DNA from: Planctomycetota bacterium
Lineage (GTDB): Bacteria > Planctomycetota > UBA11346
Direction: 5' to 3'
Length of the DNA: 64,000 bases
Assembly (NCBI GenBank): GCA_038231435.1
Contig: JBBRLJ010000015.1
Span: forward strand, 48,798 to 112,797
The notes below the pieces were generated by a model. That model was not told where the DNA came from and made no database searches. It worked only from the letters and a program-made list of their open reading frames with translations. Position numbers and translations under genes: made by a program. Position 1 is the stretch's first letter, and each line of letters starts with the position of its first letter. Positions 48,660 to 56,830 of this stretch are shown here, one piece after another.

Positions 48660-49696
48660 GGCGCGTACTCGCTCTGCAGCCAGGCCAGGCAGCGCCTGCG
48701 CTCGCCCAGTAGTCCGGCGAGCGGCAGCGCATGGCCGGACCATTCCCTGAGCTCGCGGACCTGCTCGGGTAGTCGCGCCTCCTCGACGGGCTCGAGCGGC
48801 CCGATCGGGATCTGGCGCGAGGCCGAGCGCGCGAGCGCCAGCTCGCATTCCGACGACAGCAGCCAGTCGACCAGCGCGTGCGCCTGGGCCGCGTGCGGAC
48901 AGCCGCGCACGACGGCGACGGTGTTGGGGATGACGATCGTGGATCCGTCGGGCAGCCGCGCCGGCCGCATCGCCACCGGCTTGCCTTCGTCGATGGCGCC
49001 GAACGCGTCGTCGGTGTCGGTGAAGCCGAGGTCGCAGGCGCCATCGGCGACCAGGCTCTTGACCATGCCGTTGCCATCGGTCTCGCGGATGCCGCGCGCG
49101 CGGCAGTCGCGGTGCCACGCCTTCACTCCGTCGTCGCCGAGAACGTGGGCGAGCGCCGTGTAATGGGTGAGCGTGGTGCCGTAGAGCGGCTTCGCGATGG
49201 CCACGCGCGACAGATCCCCGGCGAGGCGCTGGGCGATCTCTTGGTCGTCGGCCTTGAGCGCCGAGGTGTTCACCAGCATCACGCGCATGCGCGCGGCGAA
49301 ACCGGTCCAGGTTCCGCCCGGATCCTTCGTGTCCTTCGGCATGCGCCGCCAGCCGCTGCCCAGGTAGGGTTCCAGCAGGCCACGGTCCGCCAGGTCGGCG
49401 GTACCCAACAGCTCGTTGTTCCAGAACACGTCGCAGGACGGATGCGCGGATTCCTGCGTGATCCGCTCGACCAGGCCCAACGACTTGGTGGCCTCGGTGT
49501 CGTAGCGCACCGCGACCGGGATGCCGGTGCGACGGGTGAAATCCTGGAGGATGGCATCGGCGAACACCGCGTCGTGGGCGCAGTACACCACCAGCGCGTC
49601 CGGACCGCGCCACCACAGCGCCGCATACGACGCCACCAGCAGCGCGAGGAGCGCGACGATCGCCAGCACGGATGCGGAAGCGCGGCTGACGGGCAT
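48656..49696 (-). CDS. Extracellular solute-binding protein (Fe3+ FbpA/AfuA-like family)
   Basis: LVVYCAHD..FADAILQDFTRRTGI, DVFWNNE, WTGFAARMRV, GFTDTDD and IPNTVAVV. N-terminal hydrophobic anchor. Confidence 0.85.
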   Translation of the reverse strand: MPVSRASASVLAIVALLALLVASYAALWWRGPDALVVYCAHDAVFADAILQDFTRRTGIPVAVRYDTEATKSLGLVERITQESAHPSCDVFWNNELLGTADLADRGLLEPYLGSGWRRMPKDTKDPGGTWTGFAARMRVMLVNTSALKADDQEIAQRLAGDLSRVAIAKPLYGTTLTHYTALAHVLGDDGVKAWHRDCRARGIRETDGNGMVKSLVADGACDLGFTDTDDAFGAIDEGKPVAMRPARLPDGSTIVIPNTVAVVRGCPHAAQAHALVDWLLSSECELALARSASRQIPIGPLEPVEEARLPEQVRELREWSGHALPLAGLLGERRRCLAWLQSEYAP

Positions 49697-49814
49697 GGCT
49701 CGGGGATCTGGAGGAGACGGGCGTGGTGTCGGACGGGAAGAGAGAATGGGAGGAAAGCGGAGAGGATCGATTGGTGTGCAGGTGGAGGGTGGGAGGTGGA
49801 ACGGAGCGACCGCC

Positions 49815-51419
49815 TCACTTCTCGTCGAGCGCGTCGAAGTACTTCTTCACGCCGTCGTGGTAGCCCGGTGGCACCTGCTCGTGCACCAGGGCTTCGGACA
49901 CTCCCTGCTTCACGTCTTGCACCGAGCGCAGGTAGTCCTCCTTCACCTTGCCGGTCTCCGCCGGGCCGTGGGTCTTCCACTGCATCAGCGTCTTGCCGGC
50001 GGTGAGCGGAGCCTGGTCCTGCTCCTGCTTGAAACCCGTGGTCACGGAATCGTTCTCCGGACGCGTCGAGCCGTCGCCCTGCCCTTCGTCGGTGCCTGGG
50101 CCTCCTTGGCCCTGGCCCTCGCCTTGACCCTGTCCCTTGGCTTTGGCGAGCGCCTCGGCGTACATCTTCTTGTAGTCGTCCATGGTGGCATTGCCCTCGC
50201 CTGCCTTGCCGTCCAGCGCCTCCTTGTCATTGAGCTCCTTGGCCATGTGCAGCGCCTGGAGCGCCTCCTGCATCGACTTGAGATCGCGCGCGCTCTGCGC
50301 ATCGGCCGCCATCTGCAGCTGTGCGAGATCGAGCGAATCGCGCAGCGCCTGCAGCGCCTGATCCTTCAGATCCGGGTTCCCTGCCTGCGCGAGCTGGTCG
50401 AGTGCCTTCTGCACCGCCTGCGACAATCCAGCCGGCTGCGATTTCGCGGCCTGCGCCAGGGTGTCGAGCTGCTCCTTCATCTTCTTGGCGATCTGCTTGC
50501 GCTCGGCGTCGTCCTTGGCGCGGCCGAGCTGGTCGGCGAGCGACTTGAGCTCGTCGAGCTGCTTCTCGGCCTCGGCCGCCTCGCCTTTCTCGAGCTGCTT
50601 CTTGATCGCCTCGGCGGCGGCCGGATTGCCGCCCAGGCTCTGGCCCTGGAACTGCTCGTCGAGGCTGTGCTCGAAGCGGTGCTCGCGCTCCTGCTCCAGC
50701 CGTCTGGCCACGTCGGCCTTGGCCTCGTCGAGCTTCTGCGCGTTGCCGGTCTTGTCGTTCGGTTTCAGCGCGTCGAGGGTGGCCTGCAGCTTCGCCATCT
50801 CCTCAGCGACCGCGGCCGACACCGCCTTGTCGGGGTCCTGCTTCTTGATCTCCTCGATCAGCTTCTTCGCGTCCTTGCGGTCCTCGGCGAGCTGGTTCTT
50901 GCGCGCGGCGTTGCGCTTCGAGGCCTCCTGCCTGCCGAACGGATCGAGCTGGGGGACGAGCCACACCGCCAGGGCCAGGAAGGCGAGCGCCGCCGCCGCC
51001 GAACCGCCACGCTGCAGCGGCGCGAAGGGCACGACCGCGTCGGCCTTGGCCTTGGCGGCGCGCTCCTCGGCCTGTTTCACCACCAGCTCCTGGTATTCCC
51101 CGGGAGTGCGCGAGATGGATGAAGCGGTCAGGAAGAGATCGTCACCCGCGAGCGAGCGGTCGGCCATGCGCGCCGCGGCGACGCGACCCGTGGGGCGCAC
51201 GCAGACGATGGCACCAGCGAGGGCGGCCAGGGGCGGGATGCCCAGCGTCGACCACGAGAACAGGTTCGGCGCGATGCCGGTGAGCCGCGTCGCCAGCAGG
51301 CCGGCGGCGAACACCGTGGCGGCCACGGCGAATGCGATCCAGCCGGCGCGCGCCAGACGCGCGAGGTAGTCGCGGCGCGCGATCGCGCTCAGCAGGGCTT
51401 CGATGCGCGTCACGGCCAC
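49815..51419 (-). CDS. Membrane-anchored coiled-coil protein
   Basis: Three N-terminal TMs, a long Q/K/E/A helical region, a Gly-rich linker and the C-terminal motif VPPGYHDGVKKYFDAL. Confidence 0.8.
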   Translation of the reverse strand: MAVTRIEALLSAIARRDYLARLARAGWIAFAVAATVFAAGLLATRLTGIAPNLFSWSTLGIPPLAALAGAIVCVRPTGRVAAARMADRSLAGDDLFLTASSISRTPGEYQELVVKQAEERAAKAKADAVVPFAPLQRGGSAAAALAFLALAVWLVPQLDPFGRQEASKRNAARKNQLAEDRKDAKKLIEEIKKQDPDKAVSAAVAEEMAKLQATLDALKPNDKTGNAQKLDEAKADVARRLEQEREHRFEHSLDEQFQGQSLGGNPAAAEAIKKQLEKGEAAEAEKQLDELKSLADQLGRAKDDAERKQIAKKMKEQLDTLAQAAKSQPAGLSQAVQKALDQLAQAGNPDLKDQALQALRDSLDLAQLQMAADAQSARDLKSMQEALQALHMAKELNDKEALDGKAGEGNATMDDYKKMYAEALAKAKGQGQGEGQGQGGPGTDEGQGDGSTRPENDSVTTGFKQEQDQAPLTAGKTLMQWKTHGPAETGKVKEDYLRSVQDVKQGVSEALVHEQVPPGYHDGVKKYFDALDEK

Positions 51420-51421
51420 GT

Positions 51422-52243
51422 TCAGCGTCCGGCCAGCCAGCGGAAGTTGGCGGCGATGTAGCGGTCGCGGCTCGCGTCCGAGCGCAGCATCGCGATCAAA
51501 CTGCGCGCCAGTTCGCGCCGCGGGCTGCTGGCGGACACCGCCGCCGCGGTGGTGGCGGTGAGGCCCTCGCCCGCGAGTGGGATGACCGTCAGCTCGCCGC
51601 GGCAGGTCGAGGCATTGGCGGCGAAGACCACCGCGGCGTCGAGTCGCCCGGCGCGCACGCTGGCCATCAGCGGATCGGCCTTCGCGCCCTGCTCACGCAC
51701 GTTGGCCATCACCGCATCGTCGCAGCCGAGGCGCGCGGTGGCCCTGCGCGAGAGCGCGCCCATGGCGCTCAACGCGGGATCGGCGATACCCACGCGCAGA
51801 TCGGGCTTCGCCAGATCGGGGAGCGCGCCGATCGCGCGCGGATTGCCGTTGCGGGTCACGATCACCAGGTCGGTCTCGGCCAGGTCGACGGCCGGCTCGA
51901 AGCGCGAACCGAACTCGTCGATGTAGGCACGGTCGCATGGGATGAAGGCGTCGGGAAGGTCGCGATCGTTACCCGCGGCGATGGCGGCGAGGGAATCGCG
52001 CAGGCGGTTGGCCAGGGCGCCGCAGCCGTCATAGACGACGGTGACGCGCACGCCTTCACGCCGCTCGAATTCGGCGATGGTGGCGGGGATGGCTGCACGG
52101 TTGACTCCGCCGGAGTACACCAGCAGCTCGGTGGGTCCGCGCAGCGCCGATCCAGTCAGGCTGGCTACCGCGACGACCACGGCTGCGGCGAAGGCGACTG
52201 CGGCCAACAGGGATCCGCGCCGTCCTGGTTCCATTGTCGTCAT
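51422..52243 (-). CDS. ModA-like (molybdate/tungstate-type) substrate-binding domain protein
   Basis: EFERREGVRVTVVYDGCGAL, LVIVTRNGNPRAI..L.DLAKP.LRVGIADP...AMG and LDAAVVF. N-terminal hydrophobic anchor. Confidence 0.7.
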   Translation of the reverse strand: MTTMEPGRRGSLLAAVAFAAAVVVAVASLTGSALRGPTELLVYSGGVNRAAIPATIAEFERREGVRVTVVYDGCGALANRLRDSLAAIAAGNDRDLPDAFIPCDRAYIDEFGSRFEPAVDLAETDLVIVTRNGNPRAIGALPDLAKPDLRVGIADPALSAMGALSRRATARLGCDDAVMANVREQGAKADPLMASVRAGRLDAAVVFAANASTCRGELTVIPLAGEGLTATTAAAVSASSPRRELARSLIAMLRSDASRDRYIAANFRWLAGR

Positions 52244-52664
52244 GCGCGTGCTCCTGGGGCCACCGTAAAGGCGGCCAGGTGATTGCCAACCGCTCGCCCG
52301 GCTTCGGAGGCCTCGCGCCGAGACCGAGCCGAGTCCGTGCCTCGACACGACATACGCGATCCGGCGGGCAATCGTTGTGGCGCGAATGCACCGCTTCCCG
52401 GTACGTCGATGCGCGACGGCGCAATTACCCGGCACCGATTGGCGAGGCGTGCCTGATCCAAGCAATCCTCCTCTGATCAGACGGCTCGTCGGATCTGGGG
52501 TTCATCCCGCCCAAGGAGTCAGAATCGACCTGGAGGCCATTTTTGAAGATGGTCTGGAGCAGGCCTTGAGCTGCCTGGACGCGATGTGAGCGCGTAACAA
52601 ATCCTTGGGTTCGACCGATCCAGGCATCGCCCAGACACCCGGGCGGCTGTTTCCAGGAGACCAC

Positions 52665-53630
52665 GTGAACGTCCTGCTCATCGGCGGTACCGGCACCATC
52701 AGCACCTGGATCGTCACGCACCTCATCGAGCGCGGGCACGCGGTGACCTGCTTCAACCGCGGCCGCTCGGGATCCCTGCCCGAGGGGGTCCGGCAGCTGA
52801 TCGGCGATCGCTCGGATCGCGCGTCGTTCGAGAGCGCGCTGCGGGCCGAACGATTCGACGCGGCCATCGACATGATCTGCTTCACCGCCGAGGACGCCGC
52901 CAGCACCCTGCGCGCGCTGCCAGGGATCGGCCATCTGGTGCATTGCTCGACGGTGTGCGTGCATGGGCAGTCTAGCGATGCGCTGCCGATCGACGAGTCC
53001 AGGCCGCTGCGACCGGTGTCGTGGTACGCGCGCGGCAAGGCCGACGCCGAGGCGGTGCTGGCGGTCGCACAGGCGGACGGCGCCCAGATCACCATCGTCA
53101 GGCCCTCGACCACCTTCAGCGCGCGCAGCGGCTTGCTCCGCCAAGTGGCGCGCGACACCTCGTGGATCGATCGCATTCGCAAGGGCCTTCCGCTGCTGGT
53201 CTGCGATGGCGGGCTGGCGCTCCACCAGTTCATGCACGCTGACGACGCCGGCCGCGCGTTCGCTGCGATCATCGGAGAGAGCGCGACCCTTGGGCGTACC
53301 TATCATCTGGTCGGTCCCGCCTATGCGTGGGCGGAGCACCACCGCACCGCGATGCGCGTGCTCGGTCGCGAGGTCGAGCTGGTATCCGCGCCGCTGCGGC
53401 GTCTGGCGGCGGGCGACATCCCCGGTTTCGACATCTGCGAGAACAATTTCGCGCATCACGCCTTCTTTGACGGGGCCAAGCTCGCGCGCGACTGCCCGGC
53501 GGCACGGCCACGGCTGACGCTAGAATCCGCCATGCGCCAGGTGGTGGACGAGCTCGACGCCCAGCGCCGGTTTCCCAGCGCCGACGGCAATGCCTGGGAA
53601 GACCGGCTCATCGCGGCGGTGAGGAATTGA
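52665..53630 (+). CDS. NAD-dependent epimerase/dehydratase (atypical SDR)
   Basis: IGGTGTIS, FNRG, STVCVHG and YARGK (YxxxK). GTG start after AGGAG. Confidence 0.9.
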   Translation: MNVLLIGGTGTISTWIVTHLIERGHAVTCFNRGRSGSLPEGVRQLIGDRSDRASFESALRAERFDAAIDMICFTAEDAASTLRALPGIGHLVHCSTVCVHGQSSDALPIDESRPLRPVSWYARGKADAEAVLAVAQADGAQITIVRPSTTFSARSGLLRQVARDTSWIDRIRKGLPLLVCDGGLALHQFMHADDAGRAFAAIIGESATLGRTYHLVGPAYAWAEHHRTAMRVLGREVELVSAPLRRLAAGDIPGFDICENNFAHHAFFDGAKLARDCPAARPRLTLESAMRQVVDELDAQRRFPSADGNAWEDRLIAAVRN

Positions 53631-53632
53631 AC

Positions 53633-54511
53633 ATGGCCATCGTCTCGGTCGAGCCGTCGGCTCGGGAGTTGTCGGAGGGCCGCTGGCGGCCCGAGTCGTT
53701 CGCGCACGCCGTGGCGGCGCTGCGCCAGGACGGCGCGGTGGTCCTGGCGGGCATCGTCGACCGGGCCCATGTCGTCGCGCTGCGCGAGCGCATGCTCGCT
53801 GACGTGCCGGCTTTGCGCGCCCTGCGCGAGCAGCCTACGCAGTTCGTCGCAGGGCACGTCCAGCAGGATCCGCCGCCCGAGCTGCCGCTGCTGTTCCGCG
53901 ACGTGCTGGTGAACGATCTGGCGGTGGCGGTGACGCGCGAGCTGCTCGGACCCGGCGTGAGCAATGGCCGTTACACCGGCAACACCAACCTGCCCGGATC
54001 AGGCACGCAGCCTGTACACTACGACGAGGGGCAGCTGTGGCCCGGACACGTGCATCCGGCGCATGCGCTGGTCGTGAACGTGCCGCTGGTCGACATGGAC
54101 GAGCGCAATGGCTCGATCGAGCTATGGCCGGGAACGCACCTGCTCGCGCACGTGGGCAGCGGACGCGGCGCGCAGCGGATCCCCGAAGGCGAGCTGACCG
54201 CGCGGCGCGCCCTCGCACCGCCCGTGCAGCCCAAGGTCGCCGCCGGATCGATGCTGATCCGCGATATGCGGCTCTGGCATCGCGGCATGCCCAACCACGG
54301 CGATGTTCCCCGGCCGATGCTGGCGATGATCCACGTCTGCGCCTGGCACCGCGTCGGCGCGATGCGGCTGCCGGCTGGCGCCGAGGGGATCGTCGCGCAT
54401 TCCGAGCTATCGAGTCAGGCGACTTTCCATGCTGGCCCGATCCGCTACCTCGACGTCAACAAGGCCTACGATGTTGCCGCTCGGGCGCGCGAGGCGGGAA
54501 CTGCTGGTTGA
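53633..54511 (+). CDS. Phytanoyl-CoA dioxygenase (PhyH) family Fe(II)/2OG oxygenase
   Basis: QPVHYD (HxD), NGSIELWPGTH and RDMRLWHRGMPN...RPM. Confidence 0.88.
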   Translation: MAIVSVEPSARELSEGRWRPESFAHAVAALRQDGAVVLAGIVDRAHVVALRERMLADVPALRALREQPTQFVAGHVQQDPPPELPLLFRDVLVNDLAVAVTRELLGPGVSNGRYTGNTNLPGSGTQPVHYDEGQLWPGHVHPAHALVVNVPLVDMDERNGSIELWPGTHLLAHVGSGRGAQRIPEGELTARRALAPPVQPKVAAGSMLIRDMRLWHRGMPNHGDVPRPMLAMIHVCAWHRVGAMRLPAGAEGIVAHSELSSQATFHAGPIRYLDVNKAYDVAARAREAGTAG

Positions 54512-54543
54512 CCGTCGCTCACTGGCATCTGTCCTCGCCCGGC

Positions 54544-55602
54544 TCACCAGTCGATGATCGCCTTCAGGCAGCGGGAGTGCGGATCCATCCATTCCGGGAA
54601 CGCCTCGGCGGCGCGCGCCGCCGGCGCGCGATGGGTGATCCACGGCTGGGTGTCGATCGCGCCTGATTCGAGCTGCGGGATGATCGCGGCGAAATCGGCG
54701 GCGGTCGAATTGCGGCTGCCCATCACGGTGAGCTCGCGCTTGTGGAAATCGGGATCGTCGAATGACAGCTCGCCCTGGAACAGCCCCACGAACACCAGGC
54801 GTCCGCCATTGCAGGCGTAGCGGAACGACGATGCCATCGATCCGGCGTTGCCGGTGGCATCGAGCACCGCGGTGGGCAGGTCCCCACCGAACGTGGCGCG
54901 CAGCCGGGCCTCGGTCTCCTCGCGCGTCGCGCCGGGCCTGACCGTCTCGGCGACCCCGAAACGCCGGCAGAAGGCGAGGCGATCGTCGTTCGCGTCCATG
55001 GCGACCACGCGCGCGCCGCTGGCGCGCGCGAACTGGATGGCGGACAGCCCGATCGGGCCGGCGCCCACCACCAGCACGGTGTCCTCGCGGAGGATCTGGG
55101 CGCGCGCCACCGCATGCGCGCCGATGCCCAGCGTCTCGACCAGCGCGAGCTGAGCGAAGGACAGCGAGCCGGAACGGTGCAGCTTGCGCGTGGGCACGAT
55201 GTAGACGTCGCGCATGCCGCCATCGGCATGGACACCGAGCACGCTGATGCGTTCGCAGCAATTCGACTTGCCGCGGCGGCACGCGATGCAGGTTCCGCAA
55301 TCGATGTACGGCTCGACCGCGCAGTGGTCGCCGACGGCGATCCCATGCACGCCTTCGGCCCTGGCAGGAGAAGCGCCCGTGGCGGGAGCGGGGCCCATCG
55401 CGACGACCTCGACGCCGACCTCGTGGCCGAGGATGCGCGGATAGGCGAAGAACGGCTGCTTGCCGGTGAAGGCGTGGAAATCCGTGCCGCAGACCCCGAC
55501 CGCGCGCACCCGCACCAGCGCCTCGCCGGGGCCAGGGTCGCGAGGTTGGGTATCCGCGGCATACGCGAGCATCCCTGGACGTTCGAGGATGATGGTGGTC
55601 AT
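54544..55602 (-). CDS. Zn-dependent dehydrogenase, L-galactonate 5-dehydrogenase (YjjN/LgoD)-like
   Basis: GVCGTD.HAF.G.QPFF.YPRILGHE, structural Zn CGTCIAC..G.SNCC, GAGPIG and FHKRELTVMGSRN. Confidence 0.85.
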   Translation of the reverse strand: MTTIILERPGMLAYAADTQPRDPGPGEALVRVRAVGVCGTDFHAFTGKQPFFAYPRILGHEVGVEVVAMGPAPATGASPARAEGVHGIAVGDHCAVEPYIDCGTCIACRRGKSNCCERISVLGVHADGGMRDVYIVPTRKLHRSGSLSFAQLALVETLGIGAHAVARAQILREDTVLVVGAGPIGLSAIQFARASGARVVAMDANDDRLAFCRRFGVAETVRPGATREETEARLRATFGGDLPTAVLDATGNAGSMASSFRYACNGGRLVFVGLFQGELSFDDPDFHKRELTVMGSRNSTAADFAAIIPQLESGAIDTQPWITHRAPAARAAEAFPEWMDPHSRCLKAIIDW

Positions 55603-56588
55603 GGAGCAGCCCAGTCGGCGGGGGCTCTGGGCGTCGACGCGTCGGCGTATTCCGGTCGACCGCTGGCCCAGCCGCGGTCGTGGACCGGCGCGAGGATCGC
55701 GCGCACCTCGTCGAGCAGCCGCGGGTCCGCAGGCGTGCGCAGGGCGGCGAGATTGCGGCGCACTTCGGCGCACGTCGCCATGCCCACCAGGGTGGTGGAG
55801 ATGCCCGGCCGCGCGACGGCGAAGCGCAGGGCGAGCTCGGCGATGTCCTGACCACGCTCGCGGCAGTACGCTGCGGCGCGCGCGCAGGCCGCGCGGATGT
55901 CCTCGCCGGCTGGATGCCAGGCGGGCGGCCCGGCGTCGCTGAGCAGACCCATCGCCAGCGGCGAGGCGTTGATCACGCCAATGCCCTTGGTGGCGAGGTA
56001 GGGCAGCAGCCGCTCGAGCGAGGTGTCATTGAGGCAGAAATGGCAATAGGACAAGGCGACGTCGACGCGCGCGCTCGTGCGCTCGAGCACGCTCGGGAAG
56101 ATGCCGAGTGGCAGACCGGTGATGCCGATGAAGCGGCACTTGCCCTGGGCGCGCAGGCGTTCGAGCTCGGGAAGGGTCTCATCGAGGATGATCGCGAGCG
56201 GCGCGAACTCGAGGTCATGGCATTGCAGGAGATCGACGTGCTCGACGCCTAGACGCAACAAACTCTGCTCGACGCTGGAACGGGTGCGCGCGGCGGAGAA
56301 ATCGAAGTCGTTGTTGCCGTAACGGCCGACCTTGGTGGCGAGCACATAACGCTCGCGAGGTATCCCATCGAGTCCGCGGCCGAGCACCGTCTCGGCGCGC
56401 GTCAGTCCGTAGAGCGGCGCGACGTCGAAGAAATCGATGCCGAGGTCGATGGCCATGCGCACCGCGCGCACGCCTTCGTCCTCGTCGATCGGCGCGAATA
56501 CGCCGCCGAGCGGCGATGCGCCGAAACCGAGCGCGGACACGTGCAGTCCGGTGGCGCCGAGGGGGCGTTTCTGCGCGAGGAGCGACAT
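55599..56588 (-). CDS. Aldo/keto reductase, L-galactose dehydrogenase-like
   Basis: LGFGASPLGGVF, FDVAPLYG...AETVLG, ATKVGRYG...FDFSA, LLQCHDLEF, IGITGLPL and ASPLAMGLL...PPAWHPA. Confidence 0.88.
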   Translation of the reverse strand: MSLLAQKRPLGATGLHVSALGFGASPLGGVFAPIDEDEGVRAVRMAIDLGIDFFDVAPLYGLTRAETVLGRGLDGIPRERYVLATKVGRYGNNDFDFSAARTRSSVEQSLLRLGVEHVDLLQCHDLEFAPLAIILDETLPELERLRAQGKCRFIGITGLPLGIFPSVLERTSARVDVALSYCHFCLNDTSLERLLPYLATKGIGVINASPLAMGLLSDAGPPAWHPAGEDIRAACARAAAYCRERGQDIAELALRFAVARPGISTTLVGMATCAEVRRNLAALRTPADPRLLDEVRAILAPVHDRGWASGRPEYADASTPRAPADWAAP

Positions 56589-56830
56589 GGTGGGATCTGG
56601 CACGCGACGGGATCGTGAGGGATTCCGGCGTAACGTCGAGTGCGCTTCACCGCCGGCGCCTCCATCCATGTCCCATCCTGCCAGCCTGTATCCTTCTTCG
56701 TCGGAGTGCTTCGTCTCGGCACTTCTTCTGGGCCGTCCGGAGCGGGGTCGTCCGGCGGCTGCAGGGTTTGCCGAGGCCGGAGTGGCCGTCGAAGGTGCGA
56801 TCCCCATGCTGCCGGACTGCGGAGGTGCCC

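Noticed and set aside
49700..49812. Purine/G-rich spacer that could form a G-quadruplex
   Set aside because: The G-runs are mostly two or three long and irregular. Strand-biased spacers also occur elsewhere (10422-10500), so it is not distinctive.
52377..52589. 70-aa ORF in the divergent intergenic region
   Set aside because: It has no RBS or recognisable motif and atypical codon usage. The region is more likely promoter sequence.
56598..56615. CTGGCACG resembling a sigma-54 -24 box
   Set aside because: There is no TTGC -12 element at the required spacing.
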